DNA of 64,000 nt. It comes from Octopus sinensis. Its lineage: Eukaryota. Both the position numbers and the translations under genes were made by a program. The notes beneath the pieces are model-generated. The model searched no databases. It had not been told where the DNA came from and worked only from the letters and a program-made list of their open reading frames with translations. Positions 51,606-64,000 of this stretch are shown here, one piece after another. The stretch's first letter is position 1; every line of letters starts with the position of its first letter. The DNA is taken from NCBI RefSeq assembly GCF_006345805.1, contig NC_042998.1, positions 167,152,001 through 167,216,000 on the forward strand, given 5' to 3'.

Positions 51606-52601
51606 ATGATGGCTTACAGTCTTAATTCGACGAATCATTCGAAGTCCATTGAAGATTTAAACAATGACTTATACGAAACAAACAAAATTCCAATAGTTTT
51701 CATCGGCCTATTTACTCCGATCGGTATTTTAGGTAACTTTGTTGTATTTTATATATATGTGTGTTGCTTAAAGAAGTCTACACTAAATTTTTGGGTTGAA
51801 ACTCTCGCACTCCTTGACTTGATATGTTGTTTCACTGCTTTACCATTATCTGTGATAAAATTACGATTTCCTGTACTTCATCCCTCGGCGATTTTGTGCA
51901 AATTTGAAAACTTTTCAGTCATGTTTTATTGTCTTGCATCAGGACTGGTACTCACGGCTATTTCCTATGAAAGATTTAACAGAATTTGTCGACCAGAAAA
52001 GCAACAAATTTCCAGACGATCGGCTATTTATATAACAGTTGTGGCAGGTTGCTCTTCTGTCATTATTTCTTTACCAGATGCTTGGTTTTCTAATTTGACA
52101 CCAATACATATTTATGGATTAACTATACAAATTTGTTCGCAATCTAGAGCATTAGAACAAAATGCTGGCTTTCTTTTGATATTATCATTCATAATCATCG
52201 CAATTGGATTCATCGTTTTGATGATTGTTATATTAGTATTGAACTTTTGGATCTGGAAAACAGTCAGACATCATTTACGATATACAGAAAGCCGAACCCA
52301 TAACTTACAGAAAATTAAGGAAACGAACAAAAAAATCAAGAAAATGAACATTACAGTTTTATGCATAATTATACTATTTTTCGTAAGTTTTACACCGGAA
52401 CTTATTGTCTACTTCCCATTAGACATCACTTTTACACAAAAAGGAATAATTGCCAAAACTTTATTCAAACATACGTGGGTCCTAAACTGTACATTAAACC
52501 CTCTAGTGTACGGATTTTTTAATCAAGATTTTAGAAATGAATTCATGAACATTTGGACTAAATGTATAAGTTGTAAAGCTGTAATTTCCTCAAGCTCCTA
52601 A
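51606..52601 (+). CDS. Intronless class A (rhodopsin-like) GPCR, orphan/peptide-receptor-like, 331 aa
   Basis: Seven hydrophobic segments; GN in TM1, LAxxD in TM2, C3.25 (LCK), ERF at the DRY position, ECL2 Cys, SFTP in TM6, NPLVY plus helix 8 (FRNEF); N-glycosylation sequons NST and NHS; first ATG at 51606. Confidence 0.93.
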   Translation: MMAYSLNSTNHSKSIEDLNNDLYETNKIPIVFIGLFTPIGILGNFVVFYIYVCCLKKSTLNFWVETLALLDLICCFTALPLSVIKLRFPVLHPSAILCKFENFSVMFYCLASGLVLTAISYERFNRICRPEKQQISRRSAIYITVVAGCSSVIISLPDAWFSNLTPIHIYGLTIQICSQSRALEQNAGFLLILSFIIIAIGFIVLMIVILVLNFWIWKTVRHHLRYTESRTHNLQKIKETNKKIKKMNITVLCIIILFFVSFTPELIVYFPLDITFTQKGIIAKTLFKHTWVLNCTLNPLVYGFFNQDFRNEFMNIWTKCISCKAVISSSS

Positions 52602-53574
52602 ATCCTCACAATTTGTTATGTGTTGTACATGTTAACGATCCGGATTGCATATACGTAAAAATTCGATGTCTCAATAATCATAAGAGACCACGAAAAGTTA
52701 TTTCAAAAACTGACTACACAAACAATAATATTGTAATCGTTGCTCTTACTGGCGACAATTGGAAAAGTAGTTGTAACATGGAACTATGATACCAAGTGGA
52801 CAGCTTATATTCTTTGAAAACAGAAATGGTTCAAATGGCCACAATTCATAACTGAAAATGCAAATATTTTTCACGAAAAGCTAACACAAATTCCATGATA
52901 ATACAGGATAATGCCAGGGAAATTAACTTACGCACATATAACAGCTCAAGAAGAAGAATATCAAGAATTTAAAGAACATTACAACAATAGAATGAATGGT
53001 GATGAGACACCATTCATCTTAATAAATCCAGGAAATATTATACTCACAAATTACTACCAAATATTATTGTATTGTTTATATCATTATCTAAACATTGATA
53101 ATGTTTTACATCGTATCAGTGGAATATCTAATAATAAATAATGGAAAATTTCAAGTTGTAAGGATTTTGCTACAAATTATATGCTGAAACAGTTCTTTAC
53201 ACTGTCTGAAAAAAATATACCACTAAAAGCCACTAAAACAATTCCTGTAAGACAATATAATTGCTTTGCTTGCAATATTTTCGCTTCCATTGATCCAATG
53301 TGAATTTATACTCTACATGCCTGACCTTTGTTTCACTTTCTTTTTCACTTCATGTATTTTAATCATTAACTTCATGTACGTCACTCACCACATGCTCTTC
53401 CCTGTTTTGTTTACAATCCTTAGTTTCGTGCTGTACATCATATCCGAAATTTTTCTTCAATCCATGTCTTACATATCATATATACATTCTCATTCACGTT
53501 CAACACACATTTGCTTCAATAATACACATTTTACCCTCATTCGGTTCTCACATCGACAATGCTCTTCTCAATAC

Positions 53575-53835
<261 letters not shown>

Positions 53836-53877
53836 TAATATATATATATAATATATATATATATATATTATATATAT

Positions 53878-53926
<49 letters not shown>

Positions 53927-54855
53927 TAGCTGACGTAGCCGGTAATTCCTGGGAGAGCGGCACTTATCCCTTAGTTCCCTTCTCATAATTGTTTCGCTAA
54001 TCCAGTAACAACAATACAAATTATGTAGCCCTTAAAACGGTTTTTGTGCATTTATTAAGAGTACCAAACTGTCTTACACAGGATCTTGTTTTTAGGAATT
54101 CTCAATAAGTTATGAATACCCAAATTGGGAAGTCAGTTAAGTAATAACATGAAATCAATTACCCGATAGTAAGAATTCAAATAAGATACACCATGAAAAG
54201 GGCTTTAATACGTTCCCAGAGTATATAGAACTTAAGAGGAAATACTAATAAGGTATATATAGTAAAATCGTGAAGCATGTTATGCAATAACAGGCTAATC
54301 AGATATGAGATAACAATTGAAAGTAAATAACTCTGAAAAAAGCTTTTGTGCGTTCGCAGAGAATATTACTCTCAGCGGCACTAGTTTTGGTATATTCGTG
54401 AATGAGTCACTAACCAAAATAAGTGGATCTATTGTTTAGGAAAATACTATTTACTTGTTTAAGCGTTGTACTGCATAAATTGCGAAAATAACTCAAACAG
54501 TTTAAATACTAAGAAATAAGCATACTCAATTTGATTTATAGGAAATAATTTACGAACATGAATGGGTTATTTCCGTTGGTTATATATAAGAATCCCTTTC
54601 AGGAGCGAATGGGCTATTTTCCTTGGATGTTTAAGAATAATATATTAGTTATATGTAGTAGATATAAGAATCCCTTCCAGGGGCCCTATTATAGATTTTT
54701 TCAAAATTCTAAGTATGTCACTAGTCTTCTAGACATGACTTCTACTCACGTGTCATGTTGCACCAAAATCGATAAAACGATGTAGGAGGAGTTAGATAAC
54801 AACACCACAAATGAACACACCCACAGATTTCCACATATGTAGTAGATATTTTTTT

Positions 54856-55055
54856 AAGGCGTCGAGCTGGCACGCCCGGCGAAATGCTTAGCTGTATTTC
54901 GTCTGCCGCTACGTTCTGAGTTCAAATTCCACCGAGGTCGACTTTGCCTCTCATTCTTTGGGGGTCGATGAATTAAATGCCGGTTACGCACTGGCTCGAT
55001 ATAATCGACTAGACCTCTTCCTCAAAAATTGTCAAGGCCTTGTGCTTACAGTAGA
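54856..55055 (+). mobile_element. SINE family B
   Basis: gttctgagttcaaattccaccgaggtcgactttgcc. Confidence 0.88.
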
Positions 55056-55169
55056 TATGATAATAATTATTATTATCATTATTACTACTACTACTACTAC
55101 TACTACTACTACGACTACTACTACTACTACTACGACTACTACTACGACTACTACTACGACTACTACTAC

Positions 55170-55226
<57 letters not shown>

Positions 55227-55530
55227 TGTGATTATTATTCAGTAGTCTTATTTTTATCACGTGCTTTCATTACACTACTGAGCACAGCTCTGCATGCTTT
55301 GTGTATGTGCTGTGTTTTGTTTTGGTGTTGTTATATTCACTGTACTGAGAGTGTTTTACGTAAGATGTGCGCGGTGCTTAGTCGTGCTATTTTTTGTATG
55401 TTATTTATATATTGGTAAGCCCTGGTGTTTTGGTTATGCATATGTTTGTATGTTTTTTTTAAAATCATACCTAATGCATCTATTATTATAGGGACTGTTT
55501 CCCGCTTTTCCGCTTTTATGCTCCACATTC
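55170..55530 (-). mobile_element. R4/Dong-type LINE 3' end with (AAT)n tail
   Basis: ORF 55337-55528: ETVPIIIDALGMI...IQKIARLSTAHILRKTLSVQ*. Confidence 0.8.
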
Positions 55531-55649
55531 AGATTATCTCTGTTTCCATATCTTTGCATTTTGACAGTTTCTCTGTTTCTTTTAGATATACATTGTCATC
55601 TATTGAGATTGATACGTCGATTAGAAGGCACTTGCTTTCTTATCTTCTT

Positions 55650-55828
<179 letters not shown>

Positions 55829-55856
55829 CATTATTATTATTATAAGAAATTGTGTA

Positions 55857-56180
55857 AAAGCTGCGAGTTGGCTGAATCGTTAGCACACCGGGTATAATAC
55901 TTAGCGGCATTTCGTCTGTCTTCATGTTCTGAGTTCAAATTTCGCCGTAGTCGACTTTGAATTTCATCTTTTCGGGATCGATCAAATAAGTACCAGCTAT
56001 GCACTAGAGTCGATTTAAGCGACTAGCCCACTCCCTCCAAAATTTCAGGAATTGTGCCTATATTAGAAAGTTGCCTTTCATCCTTTCGCGGCCCATCAAT
56101 TAAGTACCAGTGAAGCACTAGGGTCGATATAATCAACTTATCCCCCTCCCCGAAATTGCAGGCCTTGTGCCTATAGTAGA
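55857..56180 (+). mobile_element. SINE family B, one full and one partial tandem copy
   Basis: ttggctgaatcgttagcacaccggg...; second 3' half begins gcctttcatcctttcg at about 56073. Confidence 0.8.
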
Positions 56181-56859
56181 AAGGATTATTATTATTTTTA
56201 ATATTGTTGTTGTTGCTGTTGTTGTTGTTGTTGTTGTTCTTCTTCTTCTTCTTCTCTTCTTCTTCTTCTTCTTCTTCTTCTTCTTCTTCTTCTTCTTTTT
56301 CTTTACTACTACTACAACGACAACCACCACCACTGCTACTGCTGTTGCTACTAATACTACTTCTGCTACTGCCACTACTACCACCACTACTACTGCTACT
56401 ACTACTACTACTACTGTCTATCATAAAATCTTCAACATTTTTATAGGCGTTACTGCAGCACCACCAGGTATTTCGTCTTCATGGTGTGAATGCAACATTA
56501 TCTTTTTAGGTTTTCTAGAAACGTGCTTCTATATACTGTTTCAGTTCTGCTTTATTGTGAGATGTGTTTTGTTATTTCTGTTGATGTAGGGTTTCTTTTC
56601 TGTTTGATGTATTGAGCATGTGCAATATGAGTCGTGCTGTTGTTACTGGGTGGTATATGTACTTCGTATATGCTGTTGTGAGTAGTATTATGTGTTTTTG
56701 TGTTAGACGGAGATTGTGTACAATATGTAGTGTGAAATCACGTGGTATTCTTTAGCAGCAATTTGCAGAGTACTTGCTGTGCAGATTGTTATTTTCCTAG
56801 ATGGTTATGGTATAGAGTATATGTTATTTTTGTTTCGATGTTTACTTTGTTTTGCGTAC

Positions 56860-57155
56860 AGGTGCGTTACTTAGTGGTTATGGTATTCGACTCACGATCA
56901 TAAGGTTGATTCCCGGCGACGCATTGTGTCCAGGAGCAAGACATTTTATTTCACATTGCTCCAGTCTACTCAGCTGGCAAAAATGAGTAGTACCTGTAAT
57001 TCAAAGGACCAACCTAGTCAGATTCTGTGTCACGTTGAATCTCCTCGAAGATATGCGTGTCTGTGGAGTGCTCAGCGACTTTCACAAGCAGGCTGTTCCG
57101 TTCATCGGATCAACTGGCACATTCATCGCCGTAAACGACGGAGTGCCAGTTTGAT
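56860..57155 (+). mobile_element. SINE family C variant
   Basis: gcgttacttagtggttatggtattcgactcacgatc...ttgtgtccaggagcaagacatt. Confidence 0.8.
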
Positions 57156-57961
57156 TTAATTTGTTTTGCACGTGCTTGATCTGTTTGTGGTTTATGCTTT
57201 CAATGTTTGTTTTGTTTTGTTTTGTTTTTTGTTTTGGTATTTATTTCTTAAAGTTATATGTAACTACTTAGTCATATAAAGGAATTTGCATTGTTAGAGA
57301 GCTCAACATACATGAATGACCCCCACGAAATATATAAGCACAATAATTGACTACAAATAGCAGCAAAGTTTTTGCTGTCTTGAAACTGGAAGGAGACAGT
57401 TATGTAGCCCTACATGCAATATATCTGAAAACGAGTAGAATTTATAATCATTGATTTGCTCGTTTGGTGATTACATAACACCAACAGCAGGAGTATATTT
57501 ACAATTAACCTTGAAACAAACCAAAATTGGAAAATTACTATTTTCTCCAGAGACCTACCCAAGTTAGTTTCTTATTTCTGTATTCTGATTGGACCGCATT
57601 AGTCACGAGAAACTGAATGCTTCATCTGTTGTTGCTTCTTCTCTTTCATGTGAGATGTTATTATCAATGCCTAGAAATAAAAGATGTACCTGTACACTGA
57701 TAATTCCGCTTTGTTTTGTATTAGTAAGATGAGCTGGTGGAAGTAATCTTTCGACAGTTAACATAAAACTGTAATCTGGTCAGTATAAATAACTTCGTGA
57801 ATGTCTGAAAGAATAAACTTCAATTAAAACATTGCGTAACAGTTGTTTTTATCAAAGAATGAACTGAACTCTGAGAATTGTAAGATGGCAATGAAAATGG
57901 AACTTGAAATTCTGGTTATCATGAGTTTTGATCTATATAGAAAAAATTCTTAACTATATTT

Positions 57962-58290
57962 TATCTTCTTCCTCTCACTTGTTTCAGCTATTAAACTGCG
58001 TCTATGCTAAGGCACTGTCTTGAAAAGCTTTTAGTCGAATGAATCGACCCTCGTGAATTTTTTAAACATATCAACACGTGTTGTTACGTGGTGAAGATGG
58101 GGCGACAAACACAGAAACACACACACACATATATACACACACGACGGGCCTCTTTCAGTTTCCGTCTACCAAATACACTCACAAGGTGGCCCGAGTCTAT
58201 TGTAGAAGTTACTTATCCAAGCTGCAACGCAGTGGGACTGAACACGGAACGAAGTGATTGGAAGACAAGCTTCTTACCACACAGCCACAC
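57962..58290 (-). mobile_element. SINE family A, degraded
   Basis: acgacgggcctctttcagtttccgtctaccaaatacactcacaagg...cttaccacacagccacacc. Confidence 0.8.
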
Positions 58291-58852
58291 CAGCACACCA
58301 ATAATAAAGCTTAGACCACTACGTAAAATAGCTAACAAGCCTTCATACGGAAGGAAAGTGTCACAGTAAATCATTATAGATTACATCAATGTATCTTGGA
58401 TTCATGATCCACATAAAAGTGTTAAACAATCAGATCAATCCTCAACAACAACAATCTGAGGTTCATTTTAGCAAGGGGTTAATGGTTCAACAGCAATAGT
58501 TTTACATAATAAGATACTACTTCGTTGCAAGAAATGTACTTTTCAAAACGAACAGATGATACAAGTCATCGTTATGACGTACATAAAACTGGCAATGTCC
58601 TGCAGTACATTTTTTCCCACATCTGATAGGAAGGCCAACTTACTGGAGGACATTGGCCTCCTGCTGTCAGCAATAAACAGAAGTAACATGCTTCTTCTCA
58701 AAACTGCAGTTGGATTCTTTTGAAGCAACGGAATACGAAAACATAAAACTTAATTGCATACATACGCAGACACACACACTCGCGTACAAACACACACATA
58801 CACGCGCTCACACACACACACACACACATGCACACACACACACACACACATG

Positions 58853-58884
<32 letters not shown>

Positions 58885-61748
58885 CACTCACACTTGTCAC
58901 TTCCCCAGCTTTAAAACTGATGTGAAACACACAGTGACCCATTTACTTACTATTTAGGAGCGAATGTCCGATAAGACTATAAATATGCATTCTTTTTATA
59001 AATACATGTTGATAAACAATATGCAAACATCCTGTCACTATCTTCCTTCATAATTTGATACTTATATAATTATGTGTATGTATATGCATGTATATATATA
59101 TATATATATATATATACATGCATACGTACGTACATACATACATACATACATACATACATACATACATACATACATACATACATACATACATACATACATA
59201 CATACATACATACATACGTACGTACATGCGTATATACATACAGACAGACTGACACGCGCGCTCTCAGACAAACACTAGACATATTAGATTAGTTTAATCA
59301 ACTTATGTTTTTGAATAAGATAAAGTACTTTACAAAAGTATCTTACGTCTTTTAAGGAAAAAAAAAACATTGCTGCCTTCTTTAATATTCATTATAAATG
59401 CAGTATTATGTCATAATGGGTGAAGGCAATATATTTACAGATTCCATACATTTTATTCAGCATTGAATAGTACCAAATTCGTGAGAGTATATCTTATGTA
59501 AACAAGCACATTCATGTACATACATATGCTACACACCCGCGCGTACACACACACACACATACACACTCATTCAAATTCACGTATACACGCAACTCACATA
59601 CAACTTACGCACGTATGCACAAACGTAAGAAAGAGTTGAATGCCCGCTTGTTTAGAGAGATTTAATGCTGGTATATAATAAATGTACTTTGTACCAAGAC
59701 TATGAGAATGTATAAACAGGAAAACACCAATATAATTTAATTTTCGCGAAACATTATACATAGATAGAGGTAGTAAAGGGAAAAATTACAAAAATATCGC
59801 AAATGTAAATAAATACGAAAGCGCACATGTGTGGGGGTTTAAAGTCCAAGTTCACATGCACCTTGGAGTATTTACCATTGGTACGCTATGGTTACTATAA
59901 AGATAATTTGATCATTGTTTCGTTAAATACTTATACAGATGTAAATTAATTGTAGACATTGTATTTAGTATTTCCAGAAACACCTTTGTGATTGCAATTA
60001 AAGTGGTCTGGTATTAACTGATCGTTTTTTTTTTTTGCTTGCAAATACTTCAAGAGAATCTACATGACAGTCACGATACAGTCTTCGATGAAGCACAATG
60101 GATGCATGTTTTCAATTTTAAACAGGTGCGAGCGTTTTTATTTTTTATTTCTTGTTTTGTTTTGTAGTTGATGTTCTGTACTTTATGAGGACTGGCATTC
60201 CAAAGAATAGATCCAAAGTCCATCATAAAAGGCGATTAAAAGAGGTTGAGATAGGAGTTACACTGGAACCTCGGGAAACCTTCGCCAGCAACGACTACCC
60301 AAACAGATCCTGAATGGTGCAAAAATGTCATCCACTAGGAATAGCGAATCACCAACGAATGATAGATGCAACGAAACACTATTACAGTGCATGCCCCACA
60401 TTATAACAACAACTACTATTACTGCTGCTGTTACTACTACTACTATAACACTGCTACAGTACTGAGTTGGATTCCAGGGAGATTAGCTGAAAGCCTCCAC
60501 CTCTTGCGATTCCCCATGGAGCAGGCTGGATATAGATATAATTTCGGTGACGTTCTTATCGATTTAGATCAACTGAAAGATTCAGTTACGTCAACTATTT
60601 GTACCAACCACCTCTCCTAAGCGTCAATTGTTTCGACTAAATATTTTGGCTTCATTTTTCACTCTTATGTGGTTAACAAAAAGAAGTGCCAGTTATATGT
60701 TCGGGATGTTATAATCGATTATTTCTCCTCCTTACAAATGTGTGACCCTATAGTAATATATTACTGGAATTTTACCTGTTGCTCACTGCTCAGTATCAGC
60801 TGAACCAACGTGGACTACGTGGGCAGTGGAAACACTTCATTCTATGGAGGGCTAGAATACGACTCGAGGGCTAGAATGTTAAGGAAGACAGTATAAGTAG
60901 TCCTTTTTCTTAGGCTTTTACATTTGGAATTTTAAACAATTTCCAAAAGCCCTTGGGTTTGCGGTGCTAGATAATCTATCGACATGAGCATGTTAGAATC
61001 GCCGGTAATTGAACCTTTACGAAATGAATTAGTAATAATAGAGGGAAATTAATAAAAGTGTTGGCTGCATTCAGAATACACCACCAAAAATCTGACAGAG
61101 ATTGTATTTACTACGAATACAGAGAAGCAAGGCCGTATATTACTAGAAAACTATTATGAATTATCTTTTATAAACTACAAAAATATCTAACAAAAAATAA
61201 TGAAAAAATAATAAAATAGCTAGAAAACACAACAAAACAAAAAAACACTGTTTTTCTGTCTGCCAAAATGTACACAACAGAGGCTGTAGTCATACTCAGT
61301 TTTCAATAAAAAGGATAAACAACACTTGAAATTGGGTAAAGGCTAAATTCTAAGTTTATAATGGGTCTATAGAATACCATGTTATTGACTAGAAAAGTTT
61401 CTCTGTGGCCAGTACATGCGAATAGGCAAAGAAAAATCGTATCACTGGTTGAGAATCGGAAAATTCAAAGCCGGTACTAGAGAATTCTTGGTTGTGTTAC
61501 AGAAACCGTTAAAAGCAAGCTTACATTAAATAACAGAGTTAAATAAAGAAAACTAATATATAAAATAAAGTATTTGTTATCAACAATACTCAAACTAATT
61601 CAATAAAGCGATATATTCATAATACACGCAAGTGGACGCTAAATGAATTAGTAACACTAGACAAGTAAACAAGAAAAAAATTACTACATTTAAAATATAT
61701 CATCCAAAATCTCAAAGCGAAATATATTTACCAGAATGCTGTGAATGA

Positions 61749-62314
61749 TTGGGTTGTCCGGAAAGTTCGTGTCGATTTATATTAGCTTATCTTTTGACTT
61801 AGTTTAGAACATGGTAGAGTCCATAAAATACGACTTCACTACACCTCCATTTAGAGCACAGTTTAAGCTATTTTTTGTGGAAGAAGGTTTATGTTCCTAT
61901 AACCTGTGTTAATTCTGTACCCCTTTAAAATGGAAGATAAGAAAGCTCATTTTCGGCACTTGATGCTTTGGGAACAAGTCAAAAATTGCTGCAGCTCGGC
62001 TGGAATGTGTTAACCCACCTTCCATATTCACTAGATATTGCTCCTTCGGATTTCCACTTATTTAGGTCTCTGCAGAATAGTCTTAATGGTAAAAATTTCA
62101 ATTCCTTGGATGACGTAAAAAGATACCTTGATGAATTCTTTACCATGAAACCACCTCAATTCTGAGAAGAGGGTATTTTCAATTTAAAGGAAAGATAGAG
62201 ACGCATTGTGCAACAAAATGGTTCATATTTGGTTGATTAAAAATGTAATGGCAAGTATTTATTGACCGTTTTTCTTTCCTTTAAAAATCGGCACGAACTT
62301 TCCGGACAACCCAA
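61749..62314 (+). mobile_element. Internally deleted mariner (DD34D-type) with both TIRs
   Basis: TIRs ttgggttgtccggaaagttcgtgtcgattt / aaatcggcacgaactttccggacaacccaa|TA; ATG at 61930 MEDKKAHFRHLML joined to LGWNVLTHLPYSLDIAPSDFHLFRSL...NGSYLVD*. Confidence 0.92.
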
Positions 62315-63109
62315 TATTTTCTCCTGTTTGGCTTAATGCTACGTAGAGAAAAGCTTATGCGTGATCAATACCAAGAAACTCGCTGTACAGACTGACAACG
62401 AATGATTCAAAATCTAGTCTGAAGGACCTTTTTATTGCAATACAGTGTCAAAATAATTCTTCCAGAAATACATCAACTGCTGAATATGTGGCGGTGACAA
62501 AGTAACATTTAATCACGTTGTTTTTAACTGCTTACCCTTAGTAAAAAGAGATACATATATAGGTACCACAGTGTTGGGAATTATATATATACTGGAATTA
62601 TGCTAACATTACGAAACATCAACTGAAAAAAGTGTAGTATAAATACACATTGGAAAATACCAGAGTATATCGAAGTGAAATTTCTCAAGGATAAGCTAAT
62701 CTATACAGAGAAATAGATCGAGTCTTATCGACCATCTATTGTCGTTAAGGTCCACTAGAAAAACACTTATTTCCTAAATCGTAATTTCAGTCTCAAATGT
62801 TGATAGTGTATTTCTAACCAAAATAAAGAGGAGCCAAATATAGATCTAAAAATCTACAAATAAAGATAAACATGAAGTGAGAAGTGAAAACAGAAACAAT
62901 CGTTATATTGATATGACTCTGGTAAGTCGCTAGTTTTGAGTATAACTGAAGACAAGCAGACAAGCACGTAGCCGAAACTTCAAATATTGTGTTTATATTA
63001 CGTAATATGCTTTAAATACAATAGAAAATGTTAAAAAAATGCGAAACAGTACGCAGAGTTCGTTAATGCAGTAAAATTACTCAATAGAATAAGACTATGT
63101 GCACGAGAC

Positions 63110-63300
63110 CTGAAATTTTGGGGAAGGAGTCTTATCGATTACATCAACCCAGGTGTTCAACAAGAATTTATTTCATTGACCACGAAAGGAGGAAAAGCAA
63201 ACTTACCCTCGGTGGAGTTTGAACGTAGTAGAATGCAAAGACGAACGAAATGCCGCTAAACATTTTGTCCTACGTGCTATCGATTCCGCCAGCTCGCTTT
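63110..63300 (-). mobile_element. SINE family B, degraded
   Basis: tcggtggagtttgaac...gaaatgccgctaa...cgattccgccagctcgc. Confidence 0.75.
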
Positions 63301-63655
63301 TTTTTTTTTTCTAAAACTGCTATGCTGAAAGACATATCAACGCCCCGACAGGAAATCAAACACCCGACATTTTTTTCAAGAAACCAACGTCGGAACCAAT
63401 AGGCCAAGCGATTTCACCGAATAGTAATAATCTTTCCTACTGTAGGCAAAAGGCCTGAAATGTTGAAGGGAGAAAGCAAGTCAATTACCTCGCTCCCAGC
63501 ACTTACTTTAGTGACCCTTAAAGAACGAAAAGGAAAAGAAATTGAACAAGGAACCTAAAGTCGAAAGAAATACTGCGAAGCATTTTGTAGGGCGTTCTAA
63601 CGCATCTGCTAGCTTGCAACCTCAATAATGATGATGATGATGATGATGATGATGA

Positions 63656-63700
<45 letters not shown>

Positions 63701-63740
63701 GGTGGTGATGATGATCTTGATAGTTCGATTATTATTATTA

Positions 63741-64000
63741 AGAAATATCAAGACAGAATTACAAGGAGGAAAGAAACAAAGGAATATTGTCATAAGAACG
63801 GATGATGTGAAAGAACAAGTGGGTAAAGTGCCTAACTGGAAAGCCCCCGGACCCGATGAGATTCATGGCTTCTGGCTGAAGGGATGCCACACGGTGCATG
63901 AAAGACTAGCAGCCCAATTGAATGAGTGTGTCCAGAAAGGTATGGTCCCTGCATGGATGGTGACGGGGAGGACAACACTTGTAATGGAAGATGGAAGAGG
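63741..64000 (+). pseudogene. R4/Dong LINE reverse transcriptase N-terminal region, 5'-truncated and running off the window
   Basis: VPNWKAPGPDEIHGFWLK...HERLAAQLNEC...PAWMVTGRTTLVM, open from about 63741 immediately after (ATT)n. Confidence 0.88.

Noticed and set aside
58543-58728. Minus-strand ORF with a cca|gtaagt donor as a possible exon
   Set aside because: No recognisable homology or partner exons; signals are compatible with chance.

Overview
This is a eukaryotic, AT-rich window saturated with microsatellites and transposons. The SINE families look like those of octopus/coleoid cephalopods; that assignment is recognition from memory and was not checked against a database. Only one clear host gene is present: an intronless rhodopsin-class GPCR (51606-52601, +). 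The largest feature is a full-length, GC-rich Rep-Helicase Helitron (26748-32938, -) with both termini intact, inserted without a target-site duplication (TSD) into a Tx1/L1 LINE ORF. Its reading frame is broken by small indels and I saw no clear nonsense codons in the segments I read. The window also holds an older, internally deleted Helitron (about 14.2-17.8 kb), mariner/maT/Tigger remnants, several MITEs, many R4/Dong-type LINE fragments next to (AAT)n arrays, and several tRNA-derived SINE families. The most interesting observations are: (i) tRNA-headed or SINE-like elements whose 3' tails carry Penelope-type minimal hammerhead-ribozyme motifs, one as a head-to-head pair flanked by a 15-bp TSD; (ii) a near-gapless 152-nt hairpin in repeat-poor sequence; (iii) a cluster of inverted, locally templated duplications at 46-51 kb, just upstream of the GPCR. 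Most ORFs in the supplied track are microsatellite artefacts. Coordinates of degraded repeats are approximate.
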